Below, piece after piece: positions 1 through 11,270 of a DNA stretch of 64,000 nucleotides. The notes below the pieces were generated by a model. The model made no database searches and was not told the origin of the DNA. It saw nothing but the letters and a program-made list of their open reading frames with translations. Source of the DNA: Psilocybe cubensis (lineage: Eukaryota); NCBI GenBank assembly GCA_017499595.2, contig CM039000.1, forward strand, positions 124,001 through 188,000, given 5' to 3'. Positions within the stretch are counted from its first letter, which is position 1. Each line of letters starts with the position of its first letter. The translations under genes were made by a program, and so were the position numbers.

Positions 1-2551
1 AACCCTCCAATTCCTCGTAAACGAACTCCACCATTCCCTCCTCTTCCTTTCCACCCTCCCGTATTCAATTTCGATGGCATCACACGAGAATCTACCCCTC
101 CACTACCACCTCTACCTGAGGGAGTGCAGCCTGCCTCGCCTGTGGTAGGCGACGATGACGTCACTTTGGACAGGAAAAGACTTGAATCGCAGACATCAAA
201 AGAATCGAAAAGATCGGCTGCGAGCGAGCATCTCGTTGCGACTGGGACGTCGCCGACTAACTCCCATACCGGACGGCATCACCACCACCAATCCCGCACA
301 CACGGACGGGCAAGGTCTGCGTCCGAATCAATATCAAGCTTGCTGGTTGTGACCACGGAAAGATTAACGAGGGAGACGGCGCGAGCCAATGAAGCAGAGA
401 GAAATGCCGCAGAACTGCTAGCGCTATTCAAGACGACTCACGAGGCCAAGGTGAGGCTAGAGAGGGACTTGGATCGGGTAAGGCAGGAGCTGGGATTGTA
501 CAAAATTCAGCTAGACATGGCCCAGAAAGGTGTGTCGACACGTATGTTTAACCATGACTACGCTTATTTTTTTAGAGATTTTTCGTGCCCAAGAAATTGT
601 TGACAAGATTGAACGGCAGCGGGAAAATGCAGAGGAGGATGCGGCGCGAGCAAGGAGTAAAATGCATAAGCTAATGGAGGCTAGAGCTATCGAACAGGCT
701 ATGGAGGAAGGGAGAAGGATGGGCTTCGAGGAAGGGTTGAGACAAGGACGCTTTGTTAAACCAATGAGGGAGGATCGCGAAAGCCGACGAACTAAAGCAC
801 ATGGTGACCGCGTATCCAGGTACACCTACCCCGAAGAAGAGCCACAAAGCTCTGGTTCGTCGGGGTCTGCTAAACAGGAGCGTTCCGCGCCCAGGTATCT
901 TTATTTCATTCATTTAGAATTGTTGAATCTAACTTATCTCATCGGATTATTGTAGACCTTCAACACCACCAAAACCTCCCACTGTTCATAAAACAGACCA
1001 GGCTCCTCGTAAACCCATTATACAACCGAGGCCTGGAACCTCGAATGATCCACCTCCCATCCACCCTCATGGAACTCCTCCCGATACCGGAACCTTCAGT
1101 AATCTTCTACCTCGTCCGACTATTACTACACCAATGCCTTTGAATATTCCGCCTACACAACCTCAGCCGGCCCCTCCAATGCCAGATCACCAACACATCT
1201 CAGTCAAGCCTGAAGAACGCCGTTCTGGTAGAGTTTCTGCTCAGTCCCAGCCTTCGGCGGACGTTAACGGCCCTATCCATCCCAAACCTGTTTGGAACCA
1301 CAGTCCCAGTGTTTTCCATGAACGAATCAAGCTACCACCTGATAACTATATTCCAACAATGGATGCAAATTCTGTGATCACTCTTCCACCGCCACACGAA
1401 CTGAGCTACCCAGTCGCACCAGAGGGAGCTTCCACGCGTGATAATCCAGCTACCCGTCCTCGATCAGGAAGTCGCCCTGAAGTATCTCAAAGGACTGCCG
1501 ATAGAGACACCATCCGAACGCGAGACTATGCTTATCCATCAAAGGCTCCATCTGGAGATGATGCAACTGCTGCTAGTGCCAATGATCAGGCCAGGCGGTA
1601 TGCGTTCCAATCTCGTGCCACATCAGCATTGTCCCGAGGCTCGACACATTTGTCTGATCTTGACCTTCTCACTACACCTCGAGATGTTCACTACAGAAGC
1701 CAGAGATATATGGTCGCCGACAATGCTTCTGAAGTATACCCAAGAAGGGATACCCCAGCTGTTGACCAATCCCCTACGCAAAGAATTGCGGAAGAATGGA
1801 GAAGTGCAAATCGCCAATATCTTGACCCCCAACCGCCGATAGTAATACCTCCACCTCGATATCAAACTCCTGGACCTCGCGTGAGTTGTTATATACAGGA
1901 AGTACCAAATCGAACTAATATCACCGATTCCAGAACGTAGATCCACCAAAGAGGCCATTCTCGGTAACAAACAACACTAGACCTCGGGCGCCGAGACGAC
2001 CCAGGGAGATTGTGATGCCCGCTCCCTTAGCAGATGTCGTCATGAATATACCACATGCTCCGCCAACGCAAGAGCCTTTTCTAGGCGACGAACTTTCACC
2101 GCCTCATAATCCAATGAGAAGCACTTCATCAAATACAGTTCCTGGGATTGAGGTTGTGACTCCGGTATGTTCGCCTATTAATTCTCACTTGACTTTTTAA
2201 CGGACAACATTTTTTCAGTCTACGCACGCATCTTCCAGATTATCTGAAGGAACTGTCCTCGATCCTGTACTATTAACGCCGCAAAGTGCAAATCGACCGC
2301 TTCCCCTCCCAGGCCAAACAGACCAAAGCGGACAAGGACAAGGTTACAGACGTGAGCATAACCAGGGGGTATTATCATTGAATGTACCAAGTAACTCCCA
2401 GCCAGCTGAGTCCAGCCCTCTCAGTCCCATATCCGGCATGCCTAATCTCAAACAGTACCCGCCTGGGTTCGCTCCGAGTTTGCCCAAAGATCATGATGCC
2501 ACATCTCCAGATTACAAGTATCCGTCATCCCCATTGTTACGTCCAACATAA
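1..2551 (+). CDS. Hypothetical protein with a coiled-coil segment and a long Pro/Ser-rich region; multi-exon, 5' end lies outside the window
   Basis: Frame is open from base 1. GT-AG introns at about 530-575, 895-955, 1881-1933 and 2165-2218 join ORFs 124..603, 530..955, 1134..1940 and 2012..2200 in frame, ending at TAA 2549-2551. Heptad-like segment RLERDLDRVRQELGLYKIQLDMAQKEIFRAQEIVDKIE. Confidence 0.75.
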
Positions 2552-5500
2552 TAACTTTGTCCTTTTATCTGTCGTTCTTTGGATTGCAGGTGATATAACT
2601 TACTTGATGTACTAATATTAACAGGCTTATGACAGGTGTAAAATGCCTTTCGCTGTATCTTTGATTGTATCTGTTCTCGTATAACTTAACTAGGGTGGAG
2701 ATCATTAGGGATCGGCTATGTCAATTCCATTTCCTGGTGTATTTAAACATTCCCAACAATGTAATTCACTATCAAACATATTACCTTGGTTTTTCGAACG
2801 ATATATCATGATTCCATACATTTCTCACCGCTTACAGTTTGTACCTTTTGAAATATTACTTTCCCAAGCGCTTCCGGGAAGTTGAATACGACGAACGACG
2901 TCATAGTACTCCGAGTCTGATCAACTTGATCTGAATAAATTCATCGTAAGGCACAAGGAAGTCTTGCTCAGGTCCAAGTTTCCCCAGATTTTCCTTGACG
3001 ACCAAAAGGCTAATTGCACATCGCAATCGCATCTACGTAGGCTAATCAACTGTAACCGCTGCCACATATAACCAGTCGAGGAGGCGACGCTCACATGTGT
3101 ATCACTATCGGATTCTACATGAACGTTCTGCTGCAGCATTAAGCACAATCAAACACGTCTCAAGAATATAATCGAATCGCTCTTCTGAGGCAACTGAGCA
3201 TACCTGCAGGATGAATATCGCCTAAGCATTTCCTTGACAATAGATGAAAAAGTCGGGAGAGTATAGGGGGTCCGACCTTCGGTGGTAGTTGCAAGCATCG
3301 TATTTGTCCTGATCAAAAGTCGGGATTCTTCGGGGTTTTCGAAATGGTTTTGCTAGGGTCAGATTCCAAAATGATATGGGGGTCATGGGAACACCAGCTT
3401 CTAGCTCGTAAAAACTGAATCAGGCTGATAGAGGATCCAGCTGGCTTAGTGCATTCTAAATAAGTACAGGAATGGGGTTTTGGTGGCGATGGATTCGGAT
3501 GAGGAGATGTGGCTTCTCGTGGAAGTGGCTCTCACGAAGCCTGTACGCCTACGTTTGCAATTACGGTGGCGTTCATGGTCGGTCTGCGTCTGCATGGCGG
3601 CTGTGCGGATTGATGCCTCCGCCAGGGGCAAAAACCCATACATAATCGCTTCGTCGGCGCGATATTACTTTCGCCCGTCAGGTACTTGCGCACGAGACCA
3701 GCCTTCCCGGGGGGCGGAATGTCGTCTAGATCAATACCATCATCTTCCCCAAGCTTCCTCGTCGTCCCATCACAAAGGCGCAGCGGTGTCTAAAGAGGAC
3801 CATTGTACCAGGCACCCTTTAATGTTGATGAGGTACAACTCTCGATAATTAAAAGAAGAAAGTCTATTAAAAGCCCCACCCCTGGTAAGCCTGCCCCAGC
3901 TCGATAAAAGGGTCAAGGTACAAAAAGTGCGGCAGTATGTAATAGACTGTGCGGTCCTTTTCTGCACGCGCGCTACTTCTCCTACTTCTCTGCGTTCTTA
4001 ATCCGTCATTTTGAAAAAAACAGGCATTTGATTTCAGTTTATAGACGAAGCGAGCTACCTTTCCGTATCGCTGTTTGGTGCGTCTGAGGAAGTCACGTCC
4101 CGAGTTCCACTGCTCATAATCACACATTGTCCGACTGTCCGACCATCGCACAAACTTTGCAAGGCGCGTCTCGGGTACATCGGCCCATTTTCGATGTGTA
4201 TGATACTCCTAATACCATATTTCAGAATCTGCCTCGAGCTGTCGCGTCTCGACACAACTCACGAGTCCCCATTCAGACCCCTCCACCGGCCGGAGCGTGA
4301 TTTCTGCGATAGCGGTGCACGGATATCAAACGCATATCAACATGCCAGCACGTCAAAAAATTTGAACATAACCTTGACATAACCAACAGAAAAAAAAATC
4401 ACAAGTCAAACATCAAAACACTGGCAGGACGTGGCAGCCGTCATGGAATTGGCGTCTAGTATGCATTCCTGCAAGGGTGGATCAGTGGGAGGACCGACAT
4501 GCATGGACGGGATCGCTGAAATTGGATTGGCTGGAACCCTACATTTTAGCCTATCTCCCGGTCAACGTCGAGGGCCTGGGTTTTGGCCTTGACCGTTGAC
4601 AACCACCACCCTCAAGTCAGCTAGCTCGATCTCGAGGGATATATACTTCTACCGTATCCTCAATTCGACAGCCGGGGATCCCAAGGTCATGATCAAGTAA
4701 GCTCAACGAGTTCAAAATAGGTCGAAATCTTCCTTTCGGGAGAACGTGAGAGTACATGGATGCCGGTGGACGTGTCTCCTTCCTCATCCTTTTCTCTCCC
4801 TTCATCATGGCCAGCGGGAACCATGGCGAGCGTTGGGAAAGATCCCAGAAACCGTGACGATAGCAAGCTGTCGATCGATCCATCCCACTTTTCCGTGATT
4901 GCACGTTGCGCAGGACCACAAGGTCCTCTAAATCAACCATCCTCCCAGTCAACGCAAATATAGCCATCTTTATGATAGCACACGTTCCGTTTCTTCGATT
5001 CCGAATGTATATATGTATGTATGTATGTACGAAGAAGCTCATGAAACAGTATGATATGTAGATGCGCACACCCACACATCTCTCGCCCTGTCATATAATT
5101 GTACGGATTCGATTCAAAAGTGCGGGTGCATTTCACAGTGTCAAAAACAAATTCAATGTGCAATTTAAATGGCAGCAGCAGCAGCAGCAGCGCAAAGCGG
5201 ATAACCGAGTCCTGATTCCTTGTCTTCCTTGCTTCCTTCCTTCTGCACGCAAATAGTACAGCAGAGCTTGACAATTGGACCACACGCTCGAAATCCCACT
5301 GTCCACCATCGCACTTCAATCCAACAATGTTGCCAACACCAACACGTTTCACAAGCCATTTTTATGCCCCGAAGCAAATCTCAATCAAGCTCGAATTTAC
5401 ACGGGAGCCAATGGGTGACTTTGCAGTTGTACAGCCTCGTCTCGCTATTTAATTTAAATGGGTGTACGAGCGTAAAAGCGCACGCACGCGACGAGGTTCG

Positions 5501-5852
5501 GAGTCACGTCGTGATGGGTCATGGTATAGCACACCTTCCAGAATCCAGATTCGTTGAACGTTTCGATCTTTCGAAGCACGTCGCAAAACCCAACGAATTA
5601 ACGACCCATAGCATTTTCTCATCCTTGGAGACACCCAGCATGATCGCTTTCTACGTAGACATACTGTCCTTCTACGTAAGTACGTACCTGCACGGTATGA
5701 TATCCAGTCAAATATGCTTTCCACGAACAGGATTCTCAGAATCTGTACACTTTAATTACTCATTCGAAACTCGACTTTTCTGCCGCTGCACAGTTTCAAC
5801 TTACATCCGCTTGGAACTTGGAACTTTGAACTTTGGAAGCGCGTTGACAATT

Positions 5853-5906
<54 letters not shown>
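5853..5906. repeat. (GACACC)9 microsatellite
   Basis: Perfect hexanucleotide run read directly from the sequence. Confidence 0.95.
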
Positions 5907-5908
<2 letters not shown>

Positions 5909-7201
5909 TTAATAGTACTACTACTACTTAATACTAATAACCCAAACACACGCAAAACAACGTCACTGTAACGAAGCTTCGAAACTTCCAGTCCAGAAGC
6001 CAGCCCAAACTCACGAAGCACCTTCAAAAGTACAAATTCTGAATCACATTCTATTACTAATTTGTACCTGAAGGTGGCAAAATGGACCCTGACGATCTCA
6101 CTCATTCTCACCGTTCCCATTGCCCAGACTTCAGTCATCTAAAAAGTTATGGTCCAAGTTGAATCCAATGGATTCCAATACCGAGGTAATGCTGAATTGG
6201 AATCGGTCGACGACAGTGTAATACTTGACAACACCGACCAACCATGAACATTGAATCCTAATCCAAACCTCTCATGTTTCCCAGAAAAGGAGACCGAATC
6301 CAAACCCAATAGAATTACCAGTGTACACTACATACCACAAAGAGACCCAGCACAATCAACTAAAACAATTAAAACAACAGCAAGACGAAAACGAAAAAGA
6401 AAAGGAAAAACGAAAAAGAACAAAGGAAAAAGGAAAGGTAACATCAATCCATAGACGACGTCAGCGACACAAAACAGGAACAGAATAGGTATATCAAATA
6501 GCGAAAAGCGAATACAGACAGAGATGAAGACGGAGACCGAGATGGGAGATAAAACAGACATATTTTTTTGTTTCAAGGCGCAAAGGTGGGTTTTGTACTA
6601 ATACGAATACTGTAAACGAATACTGTAACGAATACTAATACTAATAAAAGAAGCAAATCAAACACAAAAAGAAAAAGAAAAAGAAAAGTAGGGCAGAGAG
6701 GGTATTATTAAAGTAACCAATACGTAGAGACATAGACATAGAGAGGTAGAGAGGTAGAGAGACACAGATACGAAGCGCAGAAAAAGAAGAGAGAGAGAAA
6801 CAGAGAAAGAAAAAGGGAAACAGAAAAAGAAAAAGAAAAGAAAAGAAAAGGAGCAGAAAGAGTTAGTAGATGGTGTAAGTAAAGCAGACAATAGACGATA
6901 GCCAATAAGCAAGCCAGTAGTTGATAGGACTATAATACGATAGAGTGGGTCTGGTGGGTGTGTGGGTGGTGGTGGTATTAACACAAACAAATCAAATCAA
7001 ATCAAAGAAAAAAAAAGAAAATCGAAAATCGAAAACGAAAACGAACGTGTTTGCACCTCTCGAAAAAACAAAACAACAACAGAAGACCCGAAGAAACACC
7101 AAGTCCAAAGTCGAAAAAAGAAAAAAGAAAAAAGAAAGAAGAAAAAAGAATGAGAATCCACATTACAATCGCCATCGCCATATCATACAACCTCAACAAC
7201 C

Positions 7202-7813
7202 TCAATCCAACAACGAAGGCGGCGTAAGCCCAGCTTCAAATTTGACATTCACCATGCCCATATCCATACCCATACCCAAGCCCATGTCCATACCCGCGCC
7301 CATACCAACTCCTACACCAACACCAGGCCCAACACCAACGTCCATGCCAACCATATCAAACGACGACGCCTGCTGCTGCTGCTGCTGAATCTGCTGCTGC
7401 TGTTGACGAAGATGATGCGGATGCGAATGCTGTCCCATCGCACCAACATTCATATCCATCTCATCAAACGGCACAAAAGGCGGTTCCACAAACTGCGGGC
7501 TCCCGCTCCCATGCGCATGTCCATGCGCATCTACAAACGCCTGCTGATGCGCATGTGGGCTGACGCTATTGCTGAAACCCTGTTGATGTGCATGTGGACT
7601 GACGCTGACGCTATTACTGAACCCCTGCTGATGCGCATGTGGACTGACGCTGACGCTGCTGCTGAACTGCTGCTGATGCGGGCTAGCACTGAACTGCTGG
7701 TGGTGCGGGCTAGCACTATACTGCTGCTGGTGGTGTGGATGTGGATGCTCATCAAACCTCGGCGCATCAAACTCGTACTCGTACTCATACTCATACCCCA
7801 TCGGTCCTATACC

Positions 7814-7852
<39 letters not shown>

Positions 7853-10504
7853 GTGCTGCTGATGCAACTCAAACCTCCTCATCTCGCTCTCCTGATGCTG
7901 CTCGAAACCTAGCGGCGACGGGGGAAGACGCCGCGGACTCGCTCCCTTCCCTCTCCCTCTCCCCATCCCACTCACGCTCGTACTCGGGCTGACGCTGCTC
8001 TCTCCACCTATGCGCATACTCCTCCCTATCCCGCTCGCGCTCTCGTTCACGCTCACGTCCAAACTCCCGCTCGCGCTCGCGCTCGCGGAGGAGCTGCCGG
8101 GCAACGACGCGCGGCGTGGGGGTAGGCGATGCAGAGGGCGTGGGCGATGAGCTAGATACGGATGCGGATGCGGATGCTGGCGAGCGTGCGTTTGCATATG
8201 CCCCGTGTGCTGCTGCGAAACCTGATGCTGATGCGGATGAGATGGTAGGGGATGCGAAGGCGGACCCATACGCCCCTGCCCCTGGCCCTGAGAGGCGAGG
8301 AGAGGCGTCATAGCCGGAGGATGATGAGGCTGGTAAAACTCCTCTTCCCTCTGCTGCTGCTGCTGCTGCTGGTTGTGGAGATCCACCATCTGCGCCTGCA
8401 CCTGCACCTGCGCCTGGGCTTGAGCCTGATGCTGATGATACACCAAATACTGCGCCTCCTGCTGCCGCCTCAGCGCGTCCGAATACTGCATTTGCTGAGC
8501 CTGCTGCTGAGCCTGCTGCTGGTGCATCTGACTCGGACTCCCCCCTTCCCGACCCTGACCCTGCTCCGGACGATTGGGCGGACTGCTGCTGCTGTTGCTG
8601 TTGCTGCTGCGCGAGGAGGAGGTGTTGATGCACGCCAGCGAAAGGCGGCGGGCTGACACTTCCCGCGCCATGCCCATGCCCATGTCCTCCTCCAACCCCA
8701 AACCCAAACCCTCGCCCCCCGCCCCCGCCCCCGCCTCCGGATCCACCGCCAAACCCGCTCCCAGGCCGTCCAGAGCTATAGGAGGAGAAGTACCCTGAAT
8801 CCCTCTCTCTATCTCTCCCTGACCCCGCCCCCGCGCCTGAGCCAGACCCGGAGCTGGACCCGGAGCCTGAAGAGCAAGAAGACGCGGGCTCGTCGAAGAT
8901 GTGCAGTCCCGAAGTGGACGAGACGAGCCCGAGGCCACTCGCAGTAGTCGGTCTGCTCCCTCCGCTCCCTCCGCCTCCGCCTCCGCCGAATCCACCCCCT
9001 CCACTACTGGCGAACCCGAGCCCGCGCGAGCTCGTCGGTCTCCCAAACCCTCCTCCCGCAGCAGCTGCTGCTGAGGCGGATAATAAAAACGCTCCAGAGC
9101 CCGCGGCGAACCCCCCTCCCGCTCCCGCTCCCGACCCTCCAACAAACTCAAGTCCGCGGGACGACGTAGGTCGAACGAGATCGTTGCCGCTCCCGTCGCC
9201 GTCGTCGTTGCAGAGCTCCATGACGGAGAGGCGGCGCGAGGCGGGACGGGACTCGGCGCCGTAGTCGTATCCCTGTCCCTGTCCCGATCCCGCTCCCGAT
9301 CCCGCTCCTGGTCCCGATCCTGGCTGGTGGTACTGGTGGGAGGCGAGGCTGAAAGTGGTGAGCCCTGTCCCTGTTGCTGATGATGGCGAAGCATGCCCAT
9401 GTTCGCGGTCGCGCTCATACTCGAACGGGCCATCTGGCCCGCCGAACGCGCGTTTCCGCGGGTTCCCTGTCCCTGTCCCTGACCCTGCTGCTGCATGTGC
9501 GCTTGGAGATGGAGATACTCCATGTACTGCTGCTGCTGATGCTGTTGCGGATGAAGAGGCCGGAGCGGGACTTGGGTCTGGGGGTGGAGGGTGGAAGAAA
9601 AAAGGGGAGGCGTCGGGCCCTGCACCGGGACTCGTCGGCTGCTCTCCTCCTCCTCCTCCCGCGCCTCCTCCCGCTCCTCCTCCTCCTGCCTCCCTCGCCC
9701 GCTCATATCCTCCCAACCCAAATCCCCCGGAGCCGGACCCGGTACCGGGCCGGCCAAATCCGGAGTGTAAGAGGGATAACTCTGGACGTCCGCCGCCGCT
9801 GCTGCCCAATCCGCCATGCCCAGCTCCATTGGCATGTCCATGTCCATGCCCATGTCCATGGGCATTTGCATGTGCATTGGAACTTGCATTGGAACTTGCA
9901 TTTGCATTGGCTGCTGCTGCGGATGCGAGCCCATGGGAGGATAGAGGCCGCGCGGCGAAGAACGAGAATGCAGACGCGACGGCGGCGGGCGCTGTGCCGG
10001 GGCGGGTGGCTGTCCCTGGGCGGCGGAGGAGGTCGAGGTGAGGGTAACTGGGGTACTGGGATTGCTGCTGGTACTGCGAGCCTGCTGAGGCGGCGGCATG
10101 GCCGGGAAAGGAAAGTACGTGCTGTTCTCCTCTGAGATGGGCGGGGTAAGCAGGATGGTGGGAGGCCCCATGTGCTGCTGATGATGAGGATGTGGGAGCT
10201 GTTGATGAGGATGGTGAGGATGTTGAGTATGTGGTGTGAGGAGGGAGTGGTGGTGAGGGGAGGGAAGCGGAGACGACTGCAGCGAGCGGCGGGAGAGATC
10301 GTGCATGCGGGTCGGCGGGAGGACCAGCTGCAGATTCGGTGGCGCCCGACGCTGTGGCGGGCCCGGCGGCGGGGATACTTGAGCTGCTGGTGAAGGCTCG
10401 AAAGGAATGGGACTGGGCTGCGGTGCCAGCTGCTGGGTGGGGGGAGGAAGGTGAGATGGGTGAGGTGGACGATGAGGGGGCAAGAAAGGACTGGCTGGGG
10501 CCAC
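7202..10504 (-). CDS. Overlapping +1-frame ORF (1100 codons, Gln/His/Pro-rich); predicted trans-frame C-terminus of the C2H2 factor
   Basis: Stop-free from 10546 to 7202, same strand as the C2H2 gene and +1 relative to it. The track's start codon is the GTG immediately after UCC_UUU_C (10511-10505). It extends about 222 codons past the zero-frame stop and ends [14 protein letters not shown]. Confidence 0.7.
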
Positions 10505-11270
10505 GAAAGGAATGGTTGTGCCGCCGCTGTTCGTCCTGCCAGTACATCATCGCGCTGTCCCCGCCCTCGTTGCCCAGGCTCGTTCCGGGGCGTTGGTGTT
10601 GTTGGTGATGGTGATGATGCATCGGCAGCGGGCCCATCTCCTCCTGCTTGATCATCATCGCGTCGTCCTGCTCGTGCATCGGCGACAGCCCGTGGCCATT
10701 CCCGTTGCCGTTCCCCACCGGCGACTGCAGCGAGGAGGAGGAGGAGGAGATAGGGGGCCGGCGGGCAGAGCGGGCAGCGGCGCCGCCGGCCTTGTTCTGC
10801 GCGGCCATGGTAGCGTGCAGCGAGGTGAGGTCGCGCATCATACGCTCGTTCTGCTCCTGCTTGTCCGCATGCACCGTCTGCGCGTGCTGCCGGAGGTTGT
10901 CCAGCCGCGAGAACTGCTTGCTGCAGTGGCACGAAAACGGTCTTTCCCCCGTGTGTTTTCTGTTTTTTCCCCACATGAGAACTCATCAGAAAAGTCAGAA
11001 AAAAAGGACAGCGCACCGGATGTGCCTTGCGAGATGCTCGCTCCTGGAGAAAACCATGCGACACTCGCCGTAGCCACGGCACTGAAAGGTCTTTGCTGGA
11101 GCGGGTCTGTACCGCTTGTTGACGCCGCCCAGGGGCCCCCCGGGCATATTCGTCGCGCTCCCATTCGCGACCATAGCAGCCATCGCAGCGTCAGAGGCAC
11201 TAGTAGCAGCAGAAGAGATAAGTTGATCAGGGGGAAAATGATCAGGGGGAGACGGCTGGTCGTGGTCCAT
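7869..11270 (-). CDS. nsdC: C2H2 zinc-finger transcription factor of the NsdC/Usv1/Rgm1 family; zero-frame product about 1114 aa
   Basis: ATG at 11270 (MDHDQP), exon 1 11270-11017, 57-nt GT-AG intron 11016-10960, exon 2 10959-7869. Spliced fingers [54 protein letters not shown] match the Usv1/NsdC pair. C-terminal part has RPGT/RPTT/RPTS motifs and [10 protein letters not shown]. The symbol is a family-level assignment. Confidence 0.85.
10503..10511 (-). other. Candidate +1 programmed ribosomal frameshift site UCC_UUU_CGU
   Basis: In-frame TCC TTT CGT (S-F-R) in the zero frame, 12 codons after the last +1-frame stop (TGA 10549-10547). Same motif as the influenza A PA-X +1 shift site. Confidence 0.65.

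Noticed and set aside
2900-7200. ORFs such as 5220..5912 and 6945..7388
   Set aside because: Derived from microsatellites or A-rich tracts; no domain or splice support.
9703-11082. 459-aa third-frame ORF on the - strand over the C2H2 gene
   Set aside because: Arg-rich, reads through the intron and has no evident entry signal; explained by GC-rich, stop-poor sequence.
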